64,000 nt of DNA from Thermoplasmatota archaeon (GCA_038046725.1 JBBSVQ010000011.1:243-64242), one strand, 5' to 3'. Positions 51,127 through 60,751 are shown, counted from the first letter of the stretch. Translations and numbers: made by a program. The notes: generated by a model from the letters alone, not told the origin.

Positions 51127-52173
51127 AAGCCGGTCGTCCGTGGCCCATCGAAGGGATTTACGCCCCACTACCGCTTGACGCGCGAGGCGGGCGAACGCCT
51201 GCGCAGCATCGAGCGCCTGGACCACGACGTGGGCCTCCTCTATGCAACCACGGACCGCAGCGCACTGCGCGACGCCCTGTCGTACAATGCGTACGGAACC
51301 GCGAGCATGGAGGGAAACCCGTTGAGCCTCGAAGAGGTGCAGAGCGTCCTCTTGCGGGGGCCGACGCCGGAGGCGATGCGAACCCCCGACGAACGCGAGG
51401 TCCTGAACTGGGCGGCTTTCATGGAACGCCTCGACGCCCACGCGGTGCCCAAACGAGTCGCTGACGTCGAGCGCCTGCACCAGGTCCTGTTCGGCGGCGT
51501 CATGTCGAAGGCACGGGGCCTCGGCCGCATCAAGGACCGCGCCAACTACATCGGCCGCCGCGACGGAACGGTCGTCTACGTCCCAACCGAGCCGGAGCGC
51601 GTTGCCAAGGAACTGCAGGCCGCCTTGGATTGGCACCACGCGTCCACCGAGGCGCCGCTTGTGAAAGCCTGGCTGTTCCACGTCGAGTTCGAGGCCATCC
51701 ACCCCTTCATCGACGGCAACGGCCGCCTTGGCCGGGCCCTCATGACCCTCATGCTCCACCATGGCGGTTACCCCGGCGTGCGGCACGCCCTCGTCGATTA
51801 CGCCATCAACCGCGACCGGCAGGACTACTATGACGCCTTGCAGGAGGCCCAAAGGAACCCCGCGGACCTCACGCCCTGGGTGGGCTGGGCAAGCGCCGTC
51901 TTCGAGTCGGCGTACGTGGACGCCGTGGCCCGCCTCACCGTGCAAGGCCAGGCGCGCCTGAATCCCCGCCAGGCGCAGGTCGCCGCGTGGCTGCTGCGCG
52001 TCTGCAAAGGAGGGCGACGCGTCGCGTTCGGCGACGTCCATGCCGCCTTCCCCCACATCAACCGACGCACGCTGCAACAGGACCTGAAGCGCCTGACGGA
52101 GGCCGGATTCCTTGATCTCAAGGGCGCCCGTCGGGGGGCCACCTACGCCGTTGCGCGTCCCCAGGCAAAGTAG
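51115..52173 (+). CDS. Fic-family protein (AMPylase type) with an N-terminal inhibitory motif and a C-terminal winged helix
   Basis: ORF 50971..52173, likely starting at GTG 51115. The Fic motif is HPFIDGNGRLGR. The inhibitory-helix pattern [ST]xxxE[GN] appears as TASMEGN. The C-terminal DLKRLTEAGFLDLKGARRGATY looks like a wHTH. Confidence 0.8.
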   Translation: MAVQKPVVRGPSKGFTPHYRLTREAGERLRSIERLDHDVGLLYATTDRSALRDALSYNAYGTASMEGNPLSLEEVQSVLLRGPTPEAMRTPDEREVLNWAAFMERLDAHAVPKRVADVERLHQVLFGGVMSKARGLGRIKDRANYIGRRDGTVVYVPTEPERVAKELQAALDWHHASTEAPLVKAWLFHVEFEAIHPFIDGNGRLGRALMTLMLHHGGYPGVRHALVDYAINRDRQDYYDALQEAQRNPADLTPWVGWASAVFESAYVDAVARLTVQGQARLNPRQAQVAAWLLRVCKGGRRVAFGDVHAAFPHINRRTLQQDLKRLTEAGFLDLKGARRGATYAVARPQAK

Positions 52174-52218
52174 GTCGAAGCTGGAGCGGCGTCGGAGGGG
52201 TCCGTGAACTCTCACTCG

Positions 52219-52578
52219 TTACCGGGGGCAGTAGCCATCCAGCACGTCGGTGGATTGGTCTTCCTGTAAATCAGCTACGACCCGGGGTACGTCTTCCAAG
52301 GAACGCGCGGGGAACATGCAGACGGGAATGTATGGCTTGCCGCTGGACTTGGTGATGTTCAGGTCGGTGGCGATGATCCAACCTTGAGTCCTTCCCGGGC
52401 CAGCTGTGTTGACATTGTCGTAGTTTACGACGTTGCTGGCAGTCGCGTGCAGGCTCACCACGCGATGCTGATTGCTGGTGTTGAGGTAGTATCCGGTGTC
52501 ATGATTCGAAAAGACGGGCGGGCCCCGGCTGTATGTCCGGCACTCCTCTGCGCACGGTGTGTATGCTAGGTTTGTCAC
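52219..52578 (-). CDS. Hypothetical N/T/S-rich protein or gene fragment in a lower-GC patch
   Basis: This is the only protein-like part of the 429-aa ORF 52219..53508. GTG 52578 is the first plausible start. There is no signal peptide in frame. Confidence 0.3.
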   Translation of the reverse strand: MTNLAYTPCAEECRTYSRGPPVFSNHDTGYYLNTSNQHRVVSLHATASNVVNYDNVNTAGPGRTQGWIIATDLNITKSSGKPYIPVCMFPARSLEDVPRVVADLQEDQSTDVLDGYCPR

Positions 52579-52748
52579 GCTTGAGAAGTGGCCTAGGTTG
52601 AAGCGGGTTTCACCCCAGCCTGTGCCCGCCCCTTGAGATCGTCTTGGATGAGGTCGGTTTGATGGTCGGGCGGCCCAGCTGACCCCAGCCCACGGCGAGC
52701 TCAAAGGTCGTGTTCGCGGGCGCGTTCCAGGCGACGCGTGGCGTTGCT

Positions 52749-53693
52749 TCAGCTCGCCGTCGGCGCGGCCAGCCAAGACGCCAGGGACGCCCACACCTTC
52801 GGGTCGCCGGGTCGGAAGACGGTGAAGTGCCCCGTGGTCTTGCCCTTGCTTAGGTGCAGCCGTTCGACCTTGGCGTGGGCATAGAAGCCTGCCAAGGCGT
52901 CCACGGCGGCGTGGGGGGCGTAGAAGTCGCCGTCGATGGAGATCATGCGCAGCGGAAGGCGCAGTTGCGCGTACTGTTCGCGGCGCTTGGCGTCCTTGCG
53001 CAGCAGGTAGTCCGGGTCGCGGCCCCAACGCGCCCATTGCTCCGCGACGCCGCGCGGCAGGTCCTCCCCGAGGCCAAGCTTGGAGGACGGGAACTTCCCC
53101 AGCAGCGGCGACAAACCGGGGATGAGGCCAAACCACAGGGCGCCGATGCCGAGGCGGGTGGCCAGCGGCCAGTGCCCCCAGTAGCCGCTTTGCGAGCCGA
53201 CGAAGACGGCGGCGTCGACGAGGTCGGCGTGGTCGGCGAGGCCCAGCAGTTGCCCGCCAACGGAGTGGCCGACGACGAGGAGGCGGCGCGGCTTGGCGAC
53301 GTCGACGGCCCACGCAAGGGCGGCGTCGAGGTCGTGCGTGCCCCAATCCTCCATGCGGGCCTGGTAGCCCTTGAGTTGGTCCGGGCGCGAGCCGCCGATG
53401 CCGCGGTAGTCGAACGCCAGGACGGAGAAGCCTTGGCCGACGAGGAAGCGAGCGAAGGGGCCGTAGAACTGGCGCTTGACGCCGGTCGCGCCTGCGATGA
53501 CGACGCAATCCGTGCCCGTGCCGCGGCGAAAGGTGCCTGCGAGACCGACGCCGTCGCGGGTGCGGATGCGCAGCTCGGCCTCGGCGGGCACGGCGCGTCG
53601 AGCCCGGCGGCGGGCTTCACGGTTGCGGCCTGCACCCGGCCATCCGCCGATGACGCCGAACTCGCCGATGTGGTGTCCGGCCATCGGCGTCAT
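52749..53693 (-). CDS. Alpha/beta-fold hydrolase
   Basis: ORF track. Contains FDYRGIGGS and the nucleophile elbow VVGHSVGG. The first 17 codons are the H-family hairpin read in frame, so GTG 53591 is a likely true start. Confidence 0.75.
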   Translation of the reverse strand: MTPMAGHHIGEFGVIGGWPGAGRNREARRRARRAVPAEAELRIRTRDGVGLAGTFRRGTGTDCVVIAGATGVKRQFYGPFARFLVGQGFSVLAFDYRGIGGSRPDQLKGYQARMEDWGTHDLDAALAWAVDVAKPRRLLVVGHSVGGQLLGLADHADLVDAAVFVGSQSGYWGHWPLATRLGIGALWFGLIPGLSPLLGKFPSSKLGLGEDLPRGVAEQWARWGRDPDYLLRKDAKRREQYAQLRLPLRMISIDGDFYAPHAAVDALAGFYAHAKVERLHLSKGKTTGHFTVFRPGDPKVWASLASWLAAPTAS

Positions 53694-53703
53694 CGGCGGA
53701 TTG
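53644..53703. repeat. H-family palindrome (copy 2 of 3)
   Basis: CCGCCGATGACGCCGAACTCGCCGATGTGGTGTCCGGCCATCGGCGTCATCGGCGG. Confidence 0.9.
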
Positions 53704-53818
53704 GTCGGGCGGATGCGCCGCGGCGGAACAGAGGCGGCGTCCTCATGTGCCCAGGCTTCGTCCGCAGTGCATGCCCGGACCCCACTGCGCGACCTGCGCG
53801 ACCTACGAGGAGCGCGTC

Positions 53819-54046
53819 ATGGCCAAGGCCGCCGACGAATTGCTGCCCGTCGAGGTCGCTCCGTGCAAGGACTTCGTCATGTCCGACCAGTTCCGCGATT
53901 GGGCCGTGGGCGAGATGCGTCGCGAGGTCATGGGCCAGGTCTCCATGGCGGGCCTTGACCGCATGGCGATGGTGCGGACAAAGCCTGACGCCGCTGACCG
54001 AGACGCTGCGCCTCCCGGTCAGAGCCACCAGAGCAAGAACAAGTAG
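53819..54046 (+). CDS. Candidate 75-aa hypothetical protein
   Basis: Starts at an inner ATG of ORF 53747..54046. GAGGAG lies 6 nt upstream. The 3' end overlaps the convergent gene by 28 nt. Confidence 0.35.
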   Translation: MAKAADELLPVEVAPCKDFVMSDQFRDWAVGEMRREVMGQVSMAGLDRMAMVRTKPDAADRDAAPPGQSHQSKNK

Positions 54047-54942
54047 ACGAAGACGGCCGCGCCAAGCATCCAGGCCCCGCGGCGAATCCAGACCCGGACC
54101 ATGGCCTCGCGCAACAGGCGTTCCTGCTTTTGGGCCGCCAACTGTTCGGGGGTGAGCGGAACGGCGGCGGGGGTTGCGGCGCGGGCGGCCACCGTGCCGG
54201 AGTACTCGGTCTCGGCGGCGGGCGCGGGGGCCTGCGGCAAGTTCAGCCAGGCGAAGGCCGGTCCGTTGCCCGCCTTGCGCGAGGCGGTCGGTTGGGCAAC
54301 CGCAACGGCAGCCGGCGCAGTGCGGGGCTGCTTCCACAAGCCGCCGTCGTCGGCGCGCGACGCACGGGGCGCCATCGCCGCGGGGGTCGGTGCTGGGGAG
54401 TTGGCGGGGGCGGGCGGAGTGGCGTCCACGGTCACCGTGTCCGCCGGCTTGGCGCGCTCGAAGCGGCCCAGCAGTTCGTCAACGTCGTAGGCGACGCTGC
54501 GCGAGGGTCCATCGACGCCGCCGGGGCGGCCAGACGCCGGCCACGGGTGCGCTTCGAGGTCGCGTTCGAGGGCCGCGCCGGGGGCCTGGCCGGGCCAGGC
54601 GGAGGGGACGGGAAGCGGGGCGGGCGCCTCCATCGAGGCCGCGTCGAGCAGGACGACGCCGAGTTCGGCGGCCGTGCGGCGCTGGTCCGTCGTGAATGTG
54701 CCGGCGGCGACGACGGCGGTCGCGCCGAGGTCCTTGGCGACGCGCTTGGCGGCGCCGATCTCGGGGCCGTCGATGCCGGCGGCGTCGCCGAAGAAGACGG
54801 CGAGGTTGCCCAGCGGGCCTTCGCACAGCAGCGGGACGCGTTGCTGGTTGCCGGACTGGCCGGTCACGACGATGGACTCGTGCACGAGGTAGCCCTTGCC
54901 GCGGTAGAATGCGGCGACCTGGGTGCGGTCCATCCAGGCCAT
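54019..54942 (-). CDS. Tail-anchored protein: degenerate restriction-endonuclease-like (Mrr_cat-like) domain, Pro/Ala-rich linker, C-terminal TM helix
   Basis: Starts at an inner ATG of ORF 54019..55470 (MAWMDRTQ; second ATG at 54933). FYRGKGYLV...AGIDGPEIGAAKRVAKDLGATAVVAAGTFTTDQRRTAAELGVVLLD follows the Mrr_cat layout, but I cannot find the D...QxK catalytic residues. The protein ends AVFVYLFLLWWL. Confidence 0.5.
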   Translation of the reverse strand: MAWMDRTQVAAFYRGKGYLVHESIVVTGQSGNQQRVPLLCEGPLGNLAVFFGDAAGIDGPEIGAAKRVAKDLGATAVVAAGTFTTDQRRTAAELGVVLLDAASMEAPAPLPVPSAWPGQAPGAALERDLEAHPWPASGRPGGVDGPSRSVAYDVDELLGRFERAKPADTVTVDATPPAPANSPAPTPAAMAPRASRADDGGLWKQPRTAPAAVAVAQPTASRKAGNGPAFAWLNLPQAPAPAAETEYSGTVAARAATPAAVPLTPEQLAAQKQERLLREAMVRVWIRRGAWMLGAAVFVYLFLLWWL

Positions 54943-55068
54943 CCAGTCCGGCCAGGGATAAATCGGTGCTGGAATCGTCACGGAGCGCCTACCCGAGGAT
55001 GTCCTTGGCGGCGATTGCCGAAGCCGTCTACCCCAGAGGTCAAATCCGTCCAGTCTAGATGGGAGGCA

Positions 55069-55350
55069 ATGCGTGTGCCGAAGGCGGCTGCGGTCTTGGC
55101 AATCGCGGCCGTGGTTCTTGGCGTCCTGGCGCTTGGCTTGGATGCGTACGGTGATGCAGAGGAGCGGCGCGTCGCGTCGGATTGCGAGGCTCGAGACGAC
55201 CTGTTCATGTGCGGCTTCATGGCGGGCGTCGGTTGGCAGTACTATGGGTTCTACGCTGGCTGCGCGGCCGGGGTCCTCGTCCTGGCGGCTGGTCTCGTCT
55301 GGTTCGTCGCTGACCGCAAGGCGCGCCGGGCTGGGCCCCAACCTTCTTAG
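55069..55350 (+). CDS. Small membrane protein (93 aa)
   Basis: C-terminal part of ORF 54130..55350, starting at ATG 55069 with GGGAGG 3 nt upstream: MRVPKAAAVLAIAAVVLGVLALGL...GVLVLAAGLVWFVADRK. Confidence 0.5.
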   Translation: MRVPKAAAVLAIAAVVLGVLALGLDAYGDAEERRVASDCEARDDLFMCGFMAGVGWQYYGFYAGCAAGVLVLAAGLVWFVADRKARRAGPQPS

Positions 55351-55375
55351 CAAGTCCTCCTGTCGAGTCGCGTCC

Positions 55376-58345
55376 ATGGCTGAGTGGGATCTTGCGGGCA
55401 TCACGTCGAAGTGGCAGCACCGCTGGTGGGATGCCAAGGTCCACCACGCCGAGCGTCCCGCCGACGCCAAGGCCTGGGATGGGTCCGGCGAGAAACCCAG
55501 CTATTTCGTCCACTTCGCTTACCCTGGAATCTCCGGCTACCTGCACGTCGGGCATATGCGGGGCTTCACCTACACGGACGTCTTCGCGCGCTACAAGCGC
55601 ATGACGGGGCACCGCGTGCTCTTCCCCGCGGGCTTCCATGCGTCGGGCATCCCGGCCGTCGCCTTCGCGACCGAAGTCAAGCGTGGCGAGAAGACGCAGT
55701 ATCTCCTCGACAACGGCTACGATCCGAAGAAGGACGGCCCCATCGAGCGGCTGGCCGACCCGCGCGCCGTCATCGACTACTTCGCGCATGTCTACACGAA
55801 CGACTACTGGAAGGCCTTCGGCTTCCTCATCGACGAGCGGCGCAACTGCACGACCATTGATCCTGCCTACATGGGATTCATCCGCTGGCAGTTCCGCGCC
55901 CTGAAGTCCAAGGGCTACCTCATCGAGAAGCCGCACTACTCGCCGTTCTGCCCCGTGGCGGGCCCCGTCGCCGTCGACAAGACGGAAACCGACCTGAAGC
56001 AGGGCGGCAACGCGGAGATCCTCGAATTCACGGTCCTCAAGTTCCGCCTCCCCAAGGCCACCGTGCACGACGAGGAAGTCATCCTGCCGTGCGCCACGTT
56101 GCGCCCCGAGACCGTCTTCGGTGCCACCAACATCTGGGTGCGCCCCGACGTCGAGTACCACCTCGTGCGCGTCTGGGAAGACGGCCACGTCAAGGACTCC
56201 GACCCGAGCGAGTTGTGGTGCGTCTCGGCCGCCGGGCAACGCAAGCTTGAATGGCAATTCGAGCGCGCGCAGTCCATCAACGTCAAGGTCCTCGGCAAGG
56301 ACCTCGTCGGCCACCCGGCCCGGGCGCCACTGACGACGCGCAACGTCCCCGTCGTCGCCGGCTCCTTCGTGGACCCGCAGATTGCCACGGGCGTCGTCAT
56401 GTCCGTCCCCGGCCACGCGCCGTTCGACTACGCAGCCTACCGCGACGCCGGCCTGCTCGAGACATTGGGTGCGCCGCCGAAAATCGTCGACGTCGAAGGC
56501 GTCAAGGGTCTTCCCGCAGAGGAGGCCGTCCGCAAGTTCGGCATCACGTCGCAGGCGGACAAGGACAAGCTCGACCAGGCCACCGAGGAGATCTACACCC
56601 TCGAATTCAACCAGGGCGTGCTCAACCAGTGGTGTGGCGACTACGCCGGCAAGCGCGTGAAGGCCGTCAAGGACCAAGTCAAGGCCGACGCCATTGCGCA
56701 AGGTGCGGCGCGCGTGTTGCGCCAATTCAGCGAGCTCGTCATCAGCCGCGCCGGCGAAGTCGTGGACATCAAGCGCGTCCCCGACCAGGACTTCATCCAC
56801 TACGCGGACAAGGCGTGGACGGAGGAGTCGAAGGCGCACGCAGCAACCATGCAGGTCTTCCCGGAGCGCTACAAGGCCGAATTGCCCAACGTCCTCGACT
56901 GGTTCGGCGACCGCGCCTGCGTGCGCCGCGGAGCATGGCTGGGCACGGAATTCCCCTTCAAGCCCGGATGGATCGTCGAGCCCATCGCGGACTCCACGTT
57001 CTACCCGTGGTTCTACCTCGTGCAGCGCTACGTCAAGTCGGCGTGGAACCCCGACCCGCCGCACGGCGGCCTCAAGGTCGAGGAGCTCACGGACACCTTC
57101 TTCGACTTCGTGTTCAACGGCCGGGGGGCCACCGCCCATGGTGACCCGCCCGCTGCAGCCGGCGCCAACGTCGCGCTGTGGCGCGACATTCGGCGCGACG
57201 TCCTCTACTGGGGCCCCGTCGACCTCAACCTCGGCGGCAAGGAGCACCAGACCGTGCACTTCCCCGTGTACGTCATGACGAACGTCGCCCTCCTTGACGA
57301 CCCCAAGATGCGTCCGCGCGGCATCTTCGTCAACTGGTGGGTCACGCAGAAGGCTGGAGCCAAGATCTCCAAGTCGAAGGGCGGCGCCGAACCGATTCCG
57401 GGCGCCGCGGCACGCTACGGCGTCGACCCCATGCGCCTGTACTACTGCCACGTTGGCAGTCCGCACGTGGACATCGAGTGGGACCCCGACATCGTGCTCG
57501 ACTACCGGCGCCACGTCGAGCGCGCCCTGCGGTCCGCGGACGAAGCCCTGGCCGCCACCGGCGCCGCGGGGCCGATGGACGCGTGGCTCACGGCCGCCTT
57601 CGGCAAGGCCATCGCGGACGCGCACGCTGCCTACGAGGCGTACGACGTGCGCGTCGCCGCCAACGTCCTCGTGTACACGGTCCCCGAGCTTCTGCGCTGG
57701 TACGGCCGCCGCGGCGGCGCCAACCGCGCGTTGCTGACGCAGACCGTGCAGGACTGGGCGAAGGCCCTGTGCCCGATGCTGCCACACGTGGCCGAAGAGA
57801 TGCACGAGCGCGCCGGCGGGAAGGGCCTGGCCACCACGGCCGCGTTCCCCCGAGCAGGCGCCGCCGACCCGGTCGCGCTGGCTGCCGAGGACCACCTGCG
57901 GGCCGTCCTCGACGACATTCTGACCGTCAAGAAGCTCGCCAACGTCGAGCGCATCGCGAGCCTGGCGCTCTACACGACTCCGGCATGGAAGCGTGACCTG
58001 GTGGCGAAGGCCATCCGCATGGCGGAGGCCGCAGGCGGCAAGTTCCCCATGGGCCAGTTCATGTCCGAGGTCATGGCCGACCCCGCGATGCGCACCCTCG
58101 GCAAGTCGGTGCAGGCCTTCACGGGCAAGCTGCCGGCCCAGGTCACGCAGTTTTCGCCGGCGCAGAAGGCGCTGCTCTTGGCCGGCGTCGACGAGGCCGT
58201 CGTGCTGCGGGGTGCGGCGGCCTTCCTGGCGCAGGAACTCGGCGTCAGCGAAGTCCCCGTCTTCGCGGCGGACGACCCGGCGGCGCCCGAACACGCGAAG
58301 AAAGGCGTGGCGGGCCCCCTCAAGCCCGGCATCGCGTTGGCCTAG
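55376..58345 (+). CDS. leuS: Leucyl-tRNA synthetase (archaeal type)
   Basis: Starts at inner ATG 55376 of ORF 55073..58345 (MAEWDLAGITSKWQHRWW). The HIGH region is YPGISGYLHVGHMRG. The KMSKS-like motif is KISKSKG. Confidence 0.95.
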   Translation: MAEWDLAGITSKWQHRWWDAKVHHAERPADAKAWDGSGEKPSYFVHFAYPGISGYLHVGHMRGFTYTDVFARYKRMTGHRVLFPAGFHASGIPAVAFATEVKRGEKTQYLLDNGYDPKKDGPIERLADPRAVIDYFAHVYTNDYWKAFGFLIDERRNCTTIDPAYMGFIRWQFRALKSKGYLIEKPHYSPFCPVAGPVAVDKTETDLKQGGNAEILEFTVLKFRLPKATVHDEEVILPCATLRPETVFGATNIWVRPDVEYHLVRVWEDGHVKDSDPSELWCVSAAGQRKLEWQFERAQSINVKVLGKDLVGHPARAPLTTRNVPVVAGSFVDPQIATGVVMSVPGHAPFDYAAYRDAGLLETLGAPPKIVDVEGVKGLPAEEAVRKFGITSQADKDKLDQATEEIYTLEFNQGVLNQWCGDYAGKRVKAVKDQVKADAIAQGAARVLRQFSELVISRAGEVVDIKRVPDQDFIHYADKAWTEESKAHAATMQVFPERYKAELPNVLDWFGDRACVRRGAWLGTEFPFKPGWIVEPIADSTFYPWFYLVQRYVKSAWNPDPPHGGLKVEELTDTFFDFVFNGRGATAHGDPPAAAGANVALWRDIRRDVLYWGPVDLNLGGKEHQTVHFPVYVMTNVALLDDPKMRPRGIFVNWWVTQKAGAKISKSKGGAEPIPGAAARYGVDPMRLYYCHVGSPHVDIEWDPDIVLDYRRHVERALRSADEALAATGAAGPMDAWLTAAFGKAIADAHAAYEAYDVRVAANVLVYTVPELLRWYGRRGGANRALLTQTVQDWAKALCPMLPHVAEEMHERAGGKGLATTAAFPRAGAADPVALAAEDHLRAVLDDILTVKKLANVERIASLALYTTPAWKRDLVAKAIRMAEAAGGKFPMGQFMSEVMADPAMRTLGKSVQAFTGKLPAQVTQFSPAQKALLLAGVDEAVVLRGAAAFLAQELGVSEVPVFAADDPAAPEHAKKGVAGPLKPGIALA

Positions 58346-58727
58346 GCCCCCGCCATCCCTGGCTCCGAGCTCCCCCTCCTCTGACCCCCGCCCCCCGGTA
58401 GGCCGGGTCGTGTTCCAGGGCGTTCCCCAACCTGTCTAACCCGCGATAACTTCCTATGGAAGTCGTTGAGCGCGACGGACGGCATCCTGAATGGGCGTTC
58501 GGGGCCGTCAGTCGCAGGAACCGACCAATCCCCTCATATGGGACCAAGGGTGCTCATCTGGCTTGGAGACAAAGGTGGGTATGGACCGCATCTCGGAAAC
58601 GCACGACTTCTATTATTGGTAGTCGCACTGGAAGTGCTGGTTCGACTCGAACTGCTGGCTAGGCATGGCAAGGGCCCCGAGGTGGGCTCCGGGCGGCAAG
58701 AGAACCCGAAGGCTTGCCCGGCGGCCC

Positions 58728-59039
58728 TCACTTCGTTCGGGCTTCGTCGGGCTTCGCGACTTCAAAGGCTCTCTTGCCGAACATCTTCGCGAACACCGCG
58801 TTGGGGAACCCCCACAATGCCCGGTTGTAGCGCTCCACCGCCGCGCCGCCTTGCGCCTTCGCGGCCCGCTCCAGGGCCTCGAACCGGACGTAGAAGACGA
58901 GGAAGGCGACGAGGTACATCGCCGCCAGCACGTACAACGCCCACGTGGTGAACGTCCACTGGGTGTAGTCCGTATCGAACACGGGGGTGGACCTGGGGCC
59001 TGCCTCATTCACCTTTTGGCGACCTGCCGGCGGCACCAC
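58728..59039 (-). CDS. Hypothetical small membrane protein
   Basis: ORF track. One clear TM helix (WALYVLAAMYLVAFLVFYV). Protein-like composition. Confidence 0.45.
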   Translation of the reverse strand: MVPPAGRQKVNEAGPRSTPVFDTDYTQWTFTTWALYVLAAMYLVAFLVFYVRFEALERAAKAQGGAAVERYNRALWGFPNAVFAKMFGKRAFEVAKPDEARTK

Positions 59040-59147
59040 CCCGTGTCAAGCATCGTGGTGACAACGTGATTGGCCCCCGCGCGAAGCGCGAAGGGCCTTC
59101 CGCCTGGAATCGAGGGGCGGAGCAACAGCGAAGCCCCTCCGCGCCAG

Positions 59148-59199
59148 CCGAACGTGATCGACCTTCGTTTGAAGGTCGCGCGCCAGCCGAACGTTGTGC
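59148..59199 (-). repeat. S-family hairpin (copy 4, inverted) plus a partial duplicate of its tail
   Basis: CCGAACGTGATCGACCTTCGTTTGAAGGTCG (59148-59178), then CGCGCCAGCCGAACGTTGTGC, which repeats GCGCCAGCCGAACGTGATCG. Confidence 0.85.
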
Positions 59200-59228
59200 A
59201 TTGACGTTTGTCAGTGCTCTCCCGTCGG

Positions 59229-59237
59229 ATTTATAGG
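59229..59237 (+). promoter_or_regulatory. TATA box (ATTTATAGG) for gdhA
   Basis: Lies 28-36 nt upstream of ATG 59265. It supports the inner ATG over the track's TTG at 59208. Confidence 0.4.
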
Positions 59238-59264
59238 TCCACCCCATCGCCGCCCCTGAAGCCC

Positions 59265-60545
59265 ATGGTGGACGACGAGGCTCCGACGCACATGAACCCG
59301 TACGAGATGGCCCTCGTGCAGCTCCGCCACGTCGCCAAGCGCATGAAGCTCGACCCCAACCTGCACGAGGTGCTCAAGCACCCCATGCGCAGCCTCGAGG
59401 TCTACCTGCCCGTGCGCATGGACAACGGCACCACGCGCGTCTTCACTGGCTACCGCGTCCAACACTCCATGGCGCGCGGCCCAGCCAAGGGCGGCATCCG
59501 CTTCCACCAGAACGTCACCCTGGACGAGGTCAAGGCCCTCGCCATGTGGATGACGTGGAAGTGCGCCGTCGTCGGCATCCCGTACGGCGGAGCCAAGGGC
59601 GGAGTCATCGTCGACCCGCGCACGCTCACGCCCGGCGAGCTCGAGCGCATGGCGCGCCGCTACTTCTCCGAGATCTCCGTCATCATCGGCGAGCAGAAGG
59701 ACATCCCCGCCCCCGACGTCAACACCAACGCCCAGACGATGGCGTGGTTCATGGACACGTACTCGATGAGCCAGGGCTACGCCGTGCCCGCCATCGTCAC
59801 CGGCAAGCCCGTCGACCTCGGCGGCTCCGAGGGCCGCGAGAAGGCCACGAGCCGCGGCATCACGTTCTGCATCCGCGAGGCCGCCAAGGCCCTCAAGATG
59901 GACCTCAAGGGCGCCACCATCGCCATCCAGGGGTTCGGCAACGTCGGCGGCCACCTCGCCCCCCTCGCCCACGACATGGGACTCAAGGTCGTCGCCGTCA
60001 GCGACGTCAACGGCGGCATCCACGACCCGAAGGGCTTCGACGTGCCCAAGCTCATGGCCTGGGCCAAGGAGAAGGGCACCGTCAAGGGATTCCCCGGCTC
60101 CAAGGAAATCCACAACAAGGACCTCCTGGAACTGAAGGTGGACATCCTGGCCCCGTGCGCACTGGAGGGGGTCCTGCACAAGGACAACGCCCCCAACCTC
60201 AAGTGCAAGATCCTCGCCGAGGGCGCCAACGGCCCCACGACGCCGCAGGCCGACAAGATTCTCGCCGAGAAGGGCATCTTTGTCCTCCCCGACGTCCTGT
60301 GCAATGCCGGCGGTGTCACGGCCAGCTACTTCGAGTGGGTGCAGGGCCTCCAGTCGTTCTTCTGGACCGAGGACGAGGTCAACGCCCGCCTCGACCAGAT
60401 CATGACCAAGGCCTTCCACCAGGTGCACGACATCTGGGTGCGCGAGAACAAGACCGGCGAACCCCTGACCATGCGTCAGGCGGCCTACATGCTCGCGGTC
60501 AAGCGCGTGGCCGACGCGATTCAGAAGCGTGGCATCTACCCGTAG
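59265..60545 (+). CDS. gdhA: Glutamate dehydrogenase
   Basis: GPAKGGIRFH, ...GGAKGG..., and the NAD(P) fold GFGNVGG. The start is set at MVDDEAPTHMNPYE. Confidence 0.9.
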   Translation: MVDDEAPTHMNPYEMALVQLRHVAKRMKLDPNLHEVLKHPMRSLEVYLPVRMDNGTTRVFTGYRVQHSMARGPAKGGIRFHQNVTLDEVKALAMWMTWKCAVVGIPYGGAKGGVIVDPRTLTPGELERMARRYFSEISVIIGEQKDIPAPDVNTNAQTMAWFMDTYSMSQGYAVPAIVTGKPVDLGGSEGREKATSRGITFCIREAAKALKMDLKGATIAIQGFGNVGGHLAPLAHDMGLKVVAVSDVNGGIHDPKGFDVPKLMAWAKEKGTVKGFPGSKEIHNKDLLELKVDILAPCALEGVLHKDNAPNLKCKILAEGANGPTTPQADKILAEKGIFVLPDVLCNAGGVTASYFEWVQGLQSFFWTEDEVNARLDQIMTKAFHQVHDIWVRENKTGEPLTMRQAAYMLAVKRVADAIQKRGIYP

Positions 60546-60562
60546 CGAGCGAAGGCGCCGGG

Positions 60563-60751
60563 TCACGCTCCCCGGTATGCCGTGGCACGTTTGGACACCT
60601 TCGTCACCCGGACTTCACGCAAGTCCAGGTCCACGCGATAGAGCAACCTCCAATCCCCAACCCGCCAACGAAAAAGGTCTGCGTACCCTTGCATGGGCTT
60701 CAGGTCGAGGCCTGGGCGAGGTCGGAAGGGGTCCTGTTCGAAGGCAGACAA
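60563..60751 (-). CDS. relE: RelE/ParE-family toxin; the ORF as called lacks its N-terminus
   Basis: KPMQGYADLFRWRVGDWRLLYRVDLDLREVRVTKVSKRATAY matches the RelE core. The family-typical FRVTFTNQASKELFAAPPSVRRRVHEAL continues in frame up to 60826 with no start codon. Confidence 0.6.
   Translation of the reverse strand: MSAFEQDPFRPRPGLDLKPMQGYADLFRWRVGDWRLLYRVDLDLREVRVTKVSKRATAYRGA

Noticed and set aside
52219-53508. 429-aa ORF read as one gene
   Set aside because: Its first 300 codons are R/P/G-rich and overlap the alpha/beta hydrolase gene in another frame. Only the last roughly 120 codons look like protein.
55217-58294. 1025-aa minus-strand ORF
   Set aside because: It is antisense to leuS. 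It is R/G/D/V-rich with no motifs. The plus frame carries the HIGH and KMSKS signatures.
58610-58663. 17-codon minus-strand ORF (MPSQQFESNQHFQCDYQ) downstream of the small membrane-protein gene
   Set aside because: It is too short to support without other evidence. It has no ribosome-binding or promoter signal.
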